Position numbers and translations under genes: made by a program
Virus record (IMG/VR): IMGVR_UViG_2636415525_000002
Location: 1-64,000 of that record
Reading direction: 5' to 3' (one strand)
Origin: a virus
Taxonomy: Duplodnaviria; Caudoviricetes
Length of the DNA stretch: 64,000 nucleotides
The notes under the pieces: generated by a model
Seen by the model: only the letters and a program-made list of their open reading frames with translations
Databases searched by the model: none
Told to the model about the DNA's origin: nothing
Shown here: piece after piece, positions 1 through 10,702 of the stretch
How the letters are laid out: every line of letters begins with the position of its first letter
How positions within the stretch are numbered: position 1 is the stretch's first letter

Positions 1-3000
1 TCATGGCGTATTCCTTGGCACCTTGACAACCACCATCCCATTAGAGTTGACCCCAGAAACCGTTTTGACGAGATTTCCATTTCTAAACGCTTGCTCGACA
101 ACTTCGGCCGTCTTAATAAGTTGGGGGTCACCCGTATCTTTCAGTCTTTGAACCGAATATGCGACCCAGTTATCCGTCTGCTGCCCCGGAAGTCCCGTGG
201 CGCTGTTTGGAGGATTCAAACTGATCGATCCAGATTCATTAAGAGGCTTGACCTCGTTAACGTAGACAGTATTTCCTTTAACGTAGACTCCGTCAAAGCA
301 GTTGGCGCCGCACTTCCCGTCAAGCGGGGTAAAACCATTCCGCACGAAGTAGTTATTCGCCACATATTCACGGGCCTGGCCCTGCAAATCCTTCGACGGC
401 AGCTGGTCGAGTTGTGACAGCACGCCTTGTTCCGCGGTATTCAATTTCACCGGCATGCTCTCCATCGTCACCTTGCCGGTGCTGATGAATCCTTTGCCTG
501 TCGGATTCACAGGTCCCGCCAACCAAACATCAATCGACTCGCCCACGCGTGCAGCCGTCGACGCGATCTTGTTTGTAAGGATACCGCCGATGACCGTTTC
601 CTCGATCGTGTAATCGGGTTTCACGGAGCCGTTTTGCGTGGCGAAGGAATCCACTCGACTCTGATCGCGCTGGCTTGCACCCGGCACGATCGAGCCAGGC
701 AGCGAGCCCAATATGGCATTCAGGCTTTGATTGGAACGTTGCTCGGGTGTCGCACTGAAATACGTCTGCGCCGAACCGTCGGAGATGATAGGCGAACCGC
801 GTACCAGAATCGGCTTGCCCATATACTGCGACAACATGTCTTGCGCCGTCTGAAGGTTCGTCAGGTAGGAGCTGAGGCCCCCCATCGCGCCTTCGCTGGT
901 CGGATTGTTCGCCGTCTGGATCAGCGTCTGGAGATAGGCCATGTTCTCCTTGTTCGCCGTGTCGTCGACCATTCCCTTCGCCGCGCGCTCGAGCATGTCG
1001 GTCCAGTAGGTCGTTGCCTTCGCCACGCAGCTTGAATCGCCGCGGCATACCGCCTGCGCCTTTTCCTTTGCGAGCTGCTCGACAACCTTCACCTCTTCTA
1101 CGTGAAGCTGTCGATTGTAAAGCTCGTTGTTGACAGCCGAGCCCGCACCGGCCAGCGCACCGGATGAACCTCCACCCGCGACAGCGCCAGCCGCCGCACC
1201 GCCGGCCGTCGCCACGATCTCGTTCAACGCATTCCGCGCGGCGGCTTGCGCGCTCAGCGGCAACTGGCTCACCGTCTGATCGATGATCGGCTGCGCCAGG
1301 GACTGCAGCACATCACCGGCCAGTGAACCCGCGACCGCTCCGCCGATGTTGCCACCCGACAGCGCTGCCCCGATCGCCGCCACTGCGGCGTGCAGCGCGT
1401 CGCGACCTGCACCGCCTTCGCCGAACAATGCCTTCATCTGCGGGCTGCTGTTTTCCAGCTGAGTCGCCGCTTCCGCCACCGCGAACGTCGCCACCTTGCC
1501 GAACGCCTGCGCAAAGGCCATATTGTTCTGGACCTTCTGCAGGTTGAATGTGTTCTCCACCGTCTGGTTCGCGTTCGCCGTGTCGCGCGACAGCCCGGCC
1601 GTGCTGTCCGTGCCGTTCTGCTCATCCGATTTGACGACGATCTTCGCCGGGCTCACCGCGGCGCGCGTGACACCGCTCGCGCTATCACCCGTCTGTGCAA
1701 AGCTCGGGCCGCCCGACGTCGAAAAACCTTCCGACGATCCCGAATACGACATCTTGTTCTGGATGTCGGTAAATCCGAGGCTGCCGGTCGTCAGCGTATT
1801 GCTGTCTGCCGGCGCCGCGCTCGCGATCTGTGCGCCGTTGAGCTGCGTATGGCCCGCCACGTTGACATCAAACCCTTCCTTGCCAGCCACGATGCCGGTT
1901 TGCTGGTTCACCGACGCATAATTCGCGTCGATGCTGGTGTGGCCGATCGATGCGTCGACGCCGCCACCATAGCCGAACGTAAAGCTGCCGCTGACGCCCG
2001 TGTTGTGCTGGTTGCTGCTGTAGTTCGACGTATCCTGAAGACTCGTCATCGTCAGGTCGCCGCCGACATCGACCTTGACCTTGTCGCCTGAAACCTTGGC
2101 GCCCGACAACGTCGTGTCACCACCCGACTTCATCGTCAGCGTGTTGCCGGCCGCCACCGTCGTGTTGGTTTGCGTGACGCTATCGCCGTTGCCCTGTCCG
2201 TGCGAGTTCGAGCCATTCGCGAAGACGCTGATCCCCGTATTCTTGCCCACGCCGATCGCCACGCCTGCATTCCAGCCGGTCGAACTGTTCGAGCTCGTAC
2301 TCTGTTCGGTGCTCTGCGCGCTTTGCAGCGTGATCGCGTTGTTGGCGTCGAGCGCGACGTTCTTGCCGAGCACTGACGCTCCGGTCATCGCAATGTTTCC
2401 GGTGCCCGCCTGAGCGTTTCCGTTTGCGTCCGGTGTGCCCGTCGCGGTGATGGAGACGTTGCCGTTGCCTATGATCGACGAACCTTTCGCGCTCGAGATC
2501 GATGTCGTCGCATTGCTGCTGCTATGGCTCGACCCGATGCTGAACTGTACCTGAACGCCCTTGGCAGCTTCGCTCACGTTCCCGTTCGACAGGGCATTGG
2601 CCGCGTCCTTGATCCCGCCGCGGTTCTGGTAAGCCTGTTCGGCAGCCGCCACGGCCTGTACTGCGGCGAGGCGCGAATCGCCCGACTGCTGGCCTTGGCG
2701 GACGGCGCCTGCCATCGACTGTCCGAGTCCGACCAGGCCGCCGCCCAATCCGACACTCAAACCCGACTGGCTAAACTGCTGCGACTGCGCGTCCTTGTAG
2801 GTGTCGTACGCAGCATTTACCGTCACGTTTTGAGCGGCGATTCCGACATCCTGGCCCGCCACAATCGTGCTACCGGTAATCGTGGCATCCTTGCCGGCCT
2901 GGATCGTGACATTGCCCTGCGATGACCCGATCACACTCCCCTTATTCGTCACCGAGCTGCTTTGGTCTTGCTGGGCGGCCGAGCGCGAACCCACCGTCAC

Positions 3001-6000
3001 TGACAAACCACCATTCGTGAGCAGACCCGATTCCTTCTTGTCGAAATAGCTGGACGATTGAGTCGTGTCTTGCGAGGTCGTGATGTTGACGTTGCGCGTC
3101 GCCTGCAACGTCACGTCGTTCGTGCCAACGACGTTGCTACCCGCCACGTTGATGTCGCGGTTGCTGACGATGTTGACGCCGTCGGCCGACACCGTGCTGC
3201 CCTGGCTATAGGTCGCCGTCTGGTCGATGCCGCTTGCAACCTGCACGCCGCTCACGACATTGCTGTGGCTGTGCGTTTCGTGCGAGTTCAGCACATGCGT
3301 TTCGGTTGCCGCGCCGATATTCACATCGCCGCTCGCCATCAGGTTCGCATTGCCTTTATCCAGGCTGACCGTGCTGCCGCTGATCGTGAGATCCTTGCCA
3401 GACGCCAATGTGACGGTATCGCCACCCTTGAACGTCGTGCCTGTGAGCGCCTGATCGGACGTGTGCAGCGTCTCCGCATAGCTGCCGTGACTGTCGCTGC
3501 CCGAACTGTTGCTGTTCACCGTCGATGTCGCGCTCGCCGCGCCGAGCGTCACGTTGCCCTTGGCCGCGATTGTCCCGCCCTGGCCAAGGTCGATCTGCGC
3601 GCCCTTGGCCGTCAGGTCTCCGCCGACGCCGATGCTCGACTGTCCACCGACCGTCACCGAGCTGCCGGTGACCTTGTTGATGTCGGTATTCGACACGCCG
3701 TTCGCCCGCTGCACGATCTTGTGCTCGCCCGTCTGCACCGCGCCGAGATCCCAGTTGCCGCCAACGTTCATGCCGAGATTGCCGCCGACCGACAGGTTGC
3801 CCGCGTTCTGCTGGAAGTTGCCGCCCGTCGTGATCGACGCATCGCCCGCAACGTCAAGTTTGGCGGTCGGCCCGAGCGTGGTCACCACGCTCGTCGCGCC
3901 GTCGCGGCTCACACGCGTGTTCGTCTTCGTCGCCGTGTCGAGAATCAGATCCTTTCCGGCGTCCAGCTGCAAACTGCCGGCTTTCACGTTCGCCGACGTC
4001 AGGTCGACGTTGTTCTCGGTCTTCAGCGACATCAGCCCACCGCTTTGCAGCGCGCCGAATGCGTTGTCGATCTGCTTGCCCTGGATCGCCAGCGTGTTGT
4101 CCGCCTTGATCGTGCCGCTGTTCGTGAACGACTGTGCATTCTGGAAATCGACATTCGTCGCACTGATCAACGGGCCATCGATATTCTGCTGGCTGGCCTT
4201 CGCGAGATATACGACCGGCACGAGCACCGACTGACCGTCGACCACCCGCGTTTCCATCATGACCACGTTGCTGGTCAGCTTCGACACCTGATCGGCCGAC
4301 AGGCTCGCGCCTATCGGCAGATCGAGCGACTTCGACAGATCCGCGCCGGCCGCCATCAGCGACTGATACATCGTCTCCAGGTCGGCATACGGCCCGAGTA
4401 CCGCCTTGCCGGTCAACGACGTGACTTCGTTTCGCACGAGTTGCTGCTCGTAGAAACCGTCACCGAGACGCTTCGGGATGTGCGTGAAGTCGACGCCGAG
4501 CTGACCGAAGAAGTAGTCGCTCGAAATGAAATTCTTCTGGTTCGTGAACGCCGGATTCGTTTCGATCACGTAGCTCGCATTCGGGGCGGTAGTCGGCCGG
4601 TAGAGCCCGCCCTGCGGAATCGTGAGGTTGTTCAGCACGTTCAGCGCCGTCGCACTGGCGATGATCGGATCGACCGGCGCCGACTGACCGCCATGCACGG
4701 CCGACGCACCCGATTTTGCACCGCTCGCGTTACCGCTCAAGTTGGTGGGGGTGAGACCCGGCACCGACTGACCCGGCAGCAAGCCGAGCGACGGAATCGA
4801 TGCGTTGCCCGCCGTGTTGCTGACGCTGACGCCCGTGCCCGAAATCGTACCGTTCGAGCTCATCGTCGAAAAGTAGCCTGGCAACTTGTAATCCTTGATC
4901 GATGCCGGCGCCGCCTGCGTATAGCCGCCCGGGCGGCCGGTCACGAACGGCGCGTTGCCGAACGGCAATTGCCAGTCGTGTTCGGTGTTGTCGTAGTTGT
5001 TGTAGTGATACTGGCCCGAGTAGGAGACTGACACGCCCGGCAGGTTCTGACCGGACGCCGCCCAGCCGTCCGCGTCGTAGCGGGCCGGCATCTTGATGTC
5101 GCCGACCGCCGCGATGTTGCTCCAGTAGTTTTGCAGCGTGCCGACCGACGACGCATCGATCTTGCCGCCCGACACGATCTGGGCAGCCGGGCTGATGTCC
5201 GTTACGGTCGTCGCCGTCGCGCTGTCCGCATAGTAGGTCGTGAACTGATACGTACTGTTCCACTGCCCGCCGTGAGGCGGCTCGGTGTAGACGCCGCCGA
5301 TGCTGTCCGGATCCTTCACGCCGACCTGGCCCGTGCGGCCGCTGATCGGAATGCCGAACTGGCCGAGCAGCGACGGATCGATCGCGCTGGTCGACGTCTT
5401 CATCACTCGCCGCGTGCTCGTTATCTTGTCCGCATGCAGTTCCATGTCGCCTTCGGACTGGATCAGGGCAGACACATTGTTGACCAGCGCGGCGTTCGTG
5501 TAGTTGCCGCTCGCGTCCTTGCCGCCGCCCAGCACGACCTTGCCCATGCCGAAGATAGCGGTCGTCGCCATCGAATCTGTCGCAGTCGTGTCGTCGCGGT
5601 TTTCGATGTCGTGCGCGAGGATCTCCAGCGTGCCGTTGCTGTCGGATGCACCGATCAGCGCGGTCGGCCCGAGGTTCGAGATCGTGTTCGTCGCGTTGAG
5701 CGAGGCGCTGGCGCCCACGAGCGCGCCGGTATTAATCAGGTTGGTCGATTGCGTGTGCAGCAAGCCGCCAGCAGTCAACGCACCGACGTTGAAGATGGTG
5801 CCAGCGTGAACGCTCAGGTTGTTGACCGATTGCAGGTTCGCATTGTTCGTGAAGGTGCCGGGCAACGTGAAGGCGAGATCGTGACCGACATTGAACTGCG
5901 TGTCGGATGCCGCCGTGTAATCTCCCTGCAAGTTCACGTTCGCGTCGCGCGTTGCGCTGTACGTGCCGCCGCCCTGCAGCGTGGCCGCCGCGACCGACAG

Positions 6001-9000
6001 GTCGTGCGTCGAGCTGATCTGGCCGTTCGTGTTCGTGATGGCGCCGGCCGTCGTCACGTTCACGTCGCCGTTCGAGTTCGTGACGTTGCCAATGGTGCCG
6101 CCGCTGTTGTCCAGGGTGTTGCCTTGAACATGCAGCGATGCACCGCTGAGCTGACCGCTTTGCGTATTGCTGATCGACGCGGCGCTTACCGTCACATCGC
6201 CATTGCCGGTAATCGCGCCCATACCCGCTACGCCGCCGGCGTGGCTGTTGGCGATCTGGCTATCGCCTTGCACGGTCATCTTGCCCACGCCGAGATCGAC
6301 AATGGCCCCGTCCGCGTTGTCGATCGAGGCCGATTGAATGGCGAGCGTGCTAGCGTCGCCCGCAACCGATTGCCCCGCCTGAATGTGGCCGCCTCGGTTT
6401 GACAGAGCACCGCCATTCTTCAACGACAGCGACGCGTCCGATCGCAGCAGGCCCTGCGCGTTGTTCACGTCGCCCGCAATCGTGGCGTTGATGCCGCGCT
6501 GCGCGGCGAGGATACCGCTCGCGTTGTTCCAGGCGGCCGCGTTGACGATGGCTTGTCCCTTCGTCACGATGGTGCCCGACGCGTTGTTCAGCGCGCTGGC
6601 TCCATTGCCCGGCGCGATCGTCAGCGTGCCGGTGCCGGCATGCGTAATGGTGCCGCCTGCGTTGTTCAGCTCGGCCGGCGTGAGCGTCAGGTCCGTGCTG
6701 TTGGTCTGGATCACGCCGGCGGCCGAGTTGTCGAGTGTGCCGCTGACGTTCATCCCCATCGCTGACGATCCATACTGCGTGATCGTACCTCCGTGGTTCA
6801 CGAGGTTCGCGGCCGTCAGCGCAAGCTGATTGGCCTCGAGCTTGCCGCCGCTGTTGTCGAGCGTGGAATCGGCAGTGACCGACAGGTTCGGCCCGACGAT
6901 CGAACCGCCCTGATTCGTCATCGAGCCTGTGTGGATCGTTGCGTTCGTGCTCGCGCCGATCTGGCCGCCGTCGTTCGCGAGCGTACCGCTGGTGACGCTC
7001 AGATCCGTGTTCGACAACAGCTTGCCGTTCGCGTTGTTCAGCGTGCCGGCGACGGCTGCCGTCAGTCCGTTCTGCGCGTTGATCGAGCCCGATGCGTTGT
7101 TCAGCGCGCCGGTTTGGGCGACGACGCGCCCGTTGCTCGCGATCGAACCGCCTACGTTCGACACCGAGCCCGAACCGCCGCCGAGCGTCAGCGTGCCGTT
7201 GCCGGCATGCGTGATCGTGCCGCCGTCATTGACGATTGCCGTCGGCGCGAGCGTCAGATCAGTACTGTTGGTCTGCAGCGTGCCGCCATTCGAGTTGTCG
7301 AGCGTGCCCGACACGTTCACGCTCATCGCGCCGGCGCCGGTCTGCGTGATCGTGCCACCATGATTCACGATGTCGGTCGCGTTGAACGACACCTGGCTCG
7401 CCTGCACGGTGCCCGCGCTGTTGTCGAGCGTCGTGGCGCTGATCGTTGCCGTCTGGCCGGCGATCGAGCCGCCGTTGTTGACCAGGCGCGCGCCCGCGTC
7501 GACGGCCACTTTTTGCGCAGCCTGCAGCGTGCCGCTGCCGTTGTCGACCGACTGGCCCGATACCCGCAGATTCGTGTTGGATGTAAGCGCGCCGCGATTG
7601 ACAACGTTTGCGCCCTGGATCGACACATCGCCGTTGCCGCCGATCACGCCGCCTTGCGCGCCGTTCGCGGTGGTACCCGCCGCATTGGTCAACTGGCCGC
7701 TCGCCGTCACCGACAGGCCATCACCGTTGAGCGACGTAATTCGGCCCGCCGTATTATCCAGCGACGCACCGGCCACCGTCATGCCGGCCGCGCTTTGCAG
7801 GGTGCCCTGGTTGTTCGCGATGGCGCCGCCATGCACGTCCGCCGCGCTCTCGGATACCAGTTCGCCGGACTGGTTGGCGATCTGGCCGGCCACGTTGACC
7901 GACAGCGGCCCCTGCGACGAAACCTTGCCGCCCTGGTTCGACAGATTGCCGCCGGTCAGCGTCGAGCTCCCGCCGCTCGACAGGTTGCCGTGATCGTTGA
8001 TCACGGTACCCGATGCATTCGCTTGAATAGCGCCTTGCGCGCTCGTCGTCGCGTTCGACAGATTCACGTCGCCGGCCGTCGCGTTCAGCGACAGATTGCC
8101 GTTCGCCGCCGTCTGGCTGCCGGCGAGATTCACGCTGGCACCCGTCAGCGACGCATTGCCGCCCGCCACATTCTGGCCGGTCGCGGTCAGTTGGCCCGAC
8201 GCACTCAGGTTCAGGTCGCCGCTGTGCGTGACGGAACCGTCGTTGTTCACGCCAGCGCCGAGCGTGCCGGTCGAGTTGACGCTGCCAGCGTTGACCGTTG
8301 TATTTTGCTGCGCTGCGAGCGTGCCGGTGTTCGTAAGATCGGCGCTTGTGTTGGCCGACAGAGATTGCTGCGCGTACGTGGTGCCGCTATTCTGGATGCC
8401 GCTGGCGGCCGACAGCGCGAGGTTGCCGCTCGCGGTCGTCTTGCCCGTGAGCACGAGCCGGCCATCCGATTGCAGCGTCAAATCGCCTGCCTGCGCCGCG
8501 ATCGTCCCTGCGTTCGCGACGCCCACGCCTGCGGAGTTGCCAACCAGAAACACCCTATTGGCATACATGCCACCTAACTGAGCCACGTCAATCGCGACAG
8601 CCGGGGCAGGACCGTCGCCGGCAATCTGCGTCGCGGCAAGCGTGTCGTGATTAACCTGATTCGTACCGGCAATTACATTGAGATTCTTCGCATAGATCGC
8701 GGCATTTGCCTGTACAGCACGGGCGATGATGTCAGTCTGATCAACATTCGAGGTATCCAGGCCCGCACCTTGCACGGTCACCAGGCCGCGATTAACATTG
8801 AAGCCCGTCAACGATCCGTCCGCGCCAAACTGCGGCACGCCAGTTGTCAGGACCGCACGCGAGGTATTGATGAACCCGCCACCGTCCACGACGATACCGG
8901 CAGGGTTGGCCAGCACGATCTCCGCACGACTTCCCGCTATCTCGACGTACCCTTTGATCTGGCTGGCCGCCGTGCTGTTAACCTGGTTGACGATGATGCG

Positions 9001-9444
9001 CGCCGCCTGCCCCGCGCTCAGGTTCGGATTGCCGTTGATATAGCCGGCCTGCTGCGTGTTGACGATCGTCGGCGAGTTGTTCAGGATCGCGCCAGCATGC
9101 GACACGTCAAACTGGTTGTAGGTGTTCAGCGAAACGCCAGCACCACCCGGCTTGTTGATATTCACTTGCGGCAGGCCGTTGGGCGTCTGGATTACCGATG
9201 GTGCATTCGGCCCCGCCCCGACGATTTGTGCGTGCGCCCACATCGGTATCGCGCCTGCGGCAATCAGCGCGCCGAATGCGGCAAGACGTAACGCGAATTG
9301 CGTCACTACCTGCACACCGCTGCGATTGAGGGTACGCCGCGTTTCACCTGCGCTTGCTTTCCCCGCTGAGCTGGCCGTTTCTTCCACTGCGACCAACATA
9401 CCGTGCACGCGGCTGAACACCAGCCGATAATGGTTTTTATTCAT
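1..9444 (-). CDS. cdiA: CdiA/BcpA contact-dependent growth inhibition exoprotein (filamentous haemagglutinin family) with C-terminal nuclease-like toxin
   Basis: 3147 aa. ESPR-type N-terminus (MNKNHYRLVFSRVHGMLVAVEE), TPS domain (NPNL, NPAGI), long FHA repeats, the Burkholderia CT-demarcating NELYN motif (1114-1128) and a C-terminal E...FDG...NEVKP motif. Confidence 0.93.
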   Translation of the reverse strand: MNKNHYRLVFSRVHGMLVAVEETASSAGKASAGETRRTLNRSGVQVVTQFALRLAAFGALIAAGAIPMWAHAQIVGAGPNAPSVIQTPNGLPQVNINKPGGAGVSLNTYNQFDVSHAGAILNNSPTIVNTQQAGYINGNPNLSAGQAARIIVNQVNSTAASQIKGYVEIAGSRAEIVLANPAGIVVDGGGFINTSRAVLTTGVPQFGADGSLTGFNVNRGLVTVQGAGLDTSNVDQTDIIARAVQANAAIYAKNLNVIAGTNQVNHDTLAATQIAGDGPAPAVAIDVAQLGGMYANRVFLVGNSAGVGVANAGTIAAQAGDLTLQSDGRLVLTGKTTASGNLALSAASGIQNSGTTYAQQSLSANTSADLTNTGTLAAQQNTTVNAGSVNSTGTLGAGVNNDGSVTHSGDLNLSASGQLTATGQNVAGGNASLTGASVNLAGSQTAANGNLSLNATAGDVNLSNATTSAQGAIQANASGTVINDHGNLSSGGSSTLTGGNLSNQGGKVSSQGPLSVNVAGQIANQSGELVSESAADVHGGAIANNQGTLQSAAGMTVAGASLDNTAGRITSLNGDGLSVTASGQLTNAAGTTANGAQGGVIGGNGDVSIQGANVVNRGALTSNTNLRVSGQSVDNGSGTLQAAQKVAVDAGARLVNNGGSIAGQTATISATTLDNSAGTVQASQVSFNATDIVNHGGTITQTGAGAMSVNVSGTLDNSNGGTLQTNSTDLTLAPTAIVNDGGTITHAGNGTLTLGGGSGSVSNVGGSIASNGRVVAQTGALNNASGSINAQNGLTAAVAGTLNNANGKLLSNTDLSVTSGTLANDGGQIGASTNATIHTGSMTNQGGSIVGPNLSVTADSTLDNSGGKLEANQLALTAANLVNHGGTITQYGSSAMGMNVSGTLDNSAAGVIQTNSTDLTLTPAELNNAGGTITHAGTGTLTIAPGNGASALNNASGTIVTKGQAIVNAAAWNNASGILAAQRGINATIAGDVNNAQGLLRSDASLSLKNGGALSNRGGHIQAGQSVAGDASTLAIQSASIDNADGAIVDLGVGKMTVQGDSQIANSHAGGVAGMGAITGNGDVTVSAASISNTQSGQLSGASLHVQGNTLDNSGGTIGNVTNSNGDVNVTTAGAITNTNGQISSTHDLSVAAATLQGGGTYSATRDANVNLQGDYTAASDTQFNVGHDLAFTLPGTFTNNANLQSVNNLSVHAGTIFNVGALTAGGLLHTQSTNLINTGALVGASASLNATNTISNLGPTALIGASDSNGTLEILAHDIENRDDTTATDSMATTAIFGMGKVVLGGGKDASGNYTNAALVNNVSALIQSEGDMELHADKITSTRRVMKTSTSAIDPSLLGQFGIPISGRTGQVGVKDPDSIGGVYTEPPHGGQWNSTYQFTTYYADSATATTVTDISPAAQIVSGGKIDASSVGTLQNYWSNIAAVGDIKMPARYDADGWAASGQNLPGVSVSYSGQYHYNNYDNTEHDWQLPFGNAPFVTGRPGGYTQAAPASIKDYKLPGYFSTMSSNGTISGTGVSVSNTAGNASIPSLGLLPGQSVPGLTPTNLSGNASGAKSGASAVHGGQSAPVDPIIASATALNVLNNLTIPQGGLYRPTTAPNASYVIETNPAFTNQKNFISSDYFFGQLGVDFTHIPKRLGDGFYEQQLVRNEVTSLTGKAVLGPYADLETMYQSLMAAGADLSKSLDLPIGASLSADQVSKLTSNVVMMETRVVDGQSVLVPVVYLAKASQQNIDGPLISATNVDFQNAQSFTNSGTIKADNTLAIQGKQIDNAFGALQSGGLMSLKTENNVDLTSANVKAGSLQLDAGKDLILDTATKTNTRVSRDGATSVVTTLGPTAKLDVAGDASITTGGNFQQNAGNLSVGGNLGMNVGGNWDLGAVQTGEHKIVQRANGVSNTDINKVTGSSVTVGGQSSIGVGGDLTAKGAQIDLGQGGTIAAKGNVTLGAASATSTVNSNSSGSDSHGSYAETLHTSDQALTGTTFKGGDTVTLASGKDLTISGSTVSLDKGNANLMASGDVNIGAATETHVLNSHETHSHSNVVSGVQVASGIDQTATYSQGSTVSADGVNIVSNRDINVAGSNVVGTNDVTLQATRNVNITTSQDTTQSSSYFDKKESGLLTNGGLSVTVGSRSAAQQDQSSSVTNKGSVIGSSQGNVTIQAGKDATITGSTIVAGQDVGIAAQNVTVNAAYDTYKDAQSQQFSQSGLSVGLGGGLVGLGQSMAGAVRQGQQSGDSRLAAVQAVAAAEQAYQNRGGIKDAANALSNGNVSEAAKGVQVQFSIGSSHSSSNATTSISSAKGSSIIGNGNVSITATGTPDANGNAQAGTGNIAMTGASVLGKNVALDANNAITLQSAQSTEQSTSSNSSTGWNAGVAIGVGKNTGISVFANGSNSHGQGNGDSVTQTNTTVAAGNTLTMKSGGDTTLSGAKVSGDKVKVDVGGDLTMTSLQDTSNYSSNQHNTGVSGSFTFGYGGGVDASIGHTSIDANYASVNQQTGIVAGKEGFDVNVAGHTQLNGAQIASAAPADSNTLTTGSLGFTDIQNKMSYSGSSEGFSTSGGPSFAQTGDSASGVTRAAVSPAKIVVKSDEQNGTDSTAGLSRDTANANQTVENTFNLQKVQNNMAFAQAFGKVATFAVAEAATQLENSSPQMKALFGEGGAGRDALHAAVAAIGAALSGGNIGGAVAGSLAGDVLQSLAQPIIDQTVSQLPLSAQAAARNALNEIVATAGGAAAGAVAGGGSSGALAGAGSAVNNELYNRQLHVEEVKVVEQLAKEKAQAVCRGDSSCVAKATTYWTDMLERAAKGMVDDTANKENMAYLQTLIQTANNPTSEGAMGGLSSYLTNLQTAQDMLSQYMGKPILVRGSPIISDGSAQTYFSATPEQRSNQSLNAILGSLPGSIVPGASQRDQSRVDSFATQNGSVKPDYTIEETVIGGILTNKIASTAARVGESIDVWLAGPVNPTGKGFISTGKVTMESMPVKLNTAEQGVLSQLDQLPSKDLQGQAREYVANNYFVRNGFTPLDGKCGANCFDGVYVKGNTVYVNEVKPLNESGSISLNPPNSATGLPGQQTDNWVAYSVQRLKDTGDPQLIKTAEVVEQAFRNGNLVKTVSGVNSNGMVVVKVPRNTP

Positions 9445-9862
9445 AACCTTGGTCTACTCGCGATTTTCGTTCGATCCGCCCTCACGGCCTCGAACATCGC
9501 ATGGAATCTAATTGAAACCGTGGAAAGGCAGCGTCAAAGAGTGTCAACCGTTGCCGAGATACGACGGACGAAACAACTCGATACGTCGCTCAATTACTGC
9601 CACGCCAATCCGACTATCTCGATATTTTGGATAACCACATACTCTGTCGACCGCAAATGTCGACGGCATTGTTAATTGCAATCTGCGCGAATCTTACCTC
9701 ACGCATCATCTCAAAAACATCCCTGACAGAATTGCGAGGTCGAATCGGTACTCGACGAGGAATTTACTTTTTTTCAACCACATATCACCTTCCTGAGTAC
9801 AGCCAGCTACGGCCGCTCCGCCGATGCATTTCCGCATCGGCGCACTTCGCTCAGGAGTTTCC

Positions 9863-10603
9863 GTGATCTCTCATCCCCCTACCTTTGTGCTGATCGGGCT
9901 GGGCCTCGCGCTCGTCGCCATGTTCGCGGTGGGTTTCTATTGGCTCGCTACCAAGGACCGGCCGGCACGCCGACACGCAGCTGTTGCGCCCCCGCCGGCT
10001 CACAACGCTGTCGACCCGCGTTTCGTCGACGTCGATGAATTCGACGAATGGGAGGCGTTCGCGCCATATCCAGACCACGCAGTTCTCGCCGCGCATGAAG
10101 CCAACGCCGAATCGGTCAATAGCTATCCGCCGTTCGCTCGGCGTGAAGAGCCCGCCCATGCGCCCCAAGCGACCGACGCACGCCACGATCTGCACGACGC
10201 GATCGAATCGTTGATGGGTGAACCGGACAAGCCGGCGCCGCCCAAGCCTGCCACTGCGTCGTCATCCGGGCCGACGATTCGCTGTCCGCGTTGTCTGTCC
10301 TCGCGTATCGATACGCGCAATCGCGCCCGCAAAGCCGGCAGCACGATCGGCAGCGTTGCAGGGGCGACGGGTGGCATGGCCGCCGCGCTCGCTGGCGCGG
10401 AGACCGGTGCGGTCGTTGGCTCAATCGCCGGACCACTCGGCACGGTCTTCGGCGGGCTCGCCGGTGCGGTAATTGCCGGCCTCGTCGGCAGCGCCGCGGG
10501 CTGCGCGGCCGGATCTGCTGTTGGCGCAGCAATCGATGACAACGTACTGGACAATCACCACTGTCTCGCCTGCGGTCACGCCTTCAGTACCGCGCAGAAC
10601 TAA
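9863..10603 (+). CDS. Membrane protein with CxxC zinc-ribbon motifs flanking a glycine-zipper region
   Basis: AGGAG RBS then GTG at 9863. N-terminal hydrophobic helix, CPRC ... CLAC and a Gly/Ala-rich GxxxG run. Confidence 0.65.
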   Translation: MISHPPTFVLIGLGLALVAMFAVGFYWLATKDRPARRHAAVAPPPAHNAVDPRFVDVDEFDEWEAFAPYPDHAVLAAHEANAESVNSYPPFARREEPAHAPQATDARHDLHDAIESLMGEPDKPAPPKPATASSSGPTIRCPRCLSSRIDTRNRARKAGSTIGSVAGATGGMAAALAGAETGAVVGSIAGPLGTVFGGLAGAVIAGLVGSAAGCAAGSAVGAAIDDNVLDNHHCLACGHAFSTAQN

Positions 10604-10702
10604 ACGGTTCACCTCACTCCCCTCTCGCTGTTCTCCCCTCAGTTCTCTTTCCGTCCGGCGCTCGCCGGACTGTATGCCCTCGTCTTTATTCAAGGAGCCA
10701 CC

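Noticed and set aside
91-9430. Many long plus-strand ORFs opposite cdiA, e.g. 3058..5031 and 6793..8577
   Set aside because: Antisense shadows of a GC-rich gene with biased codon usage, with no recognisable motifs.
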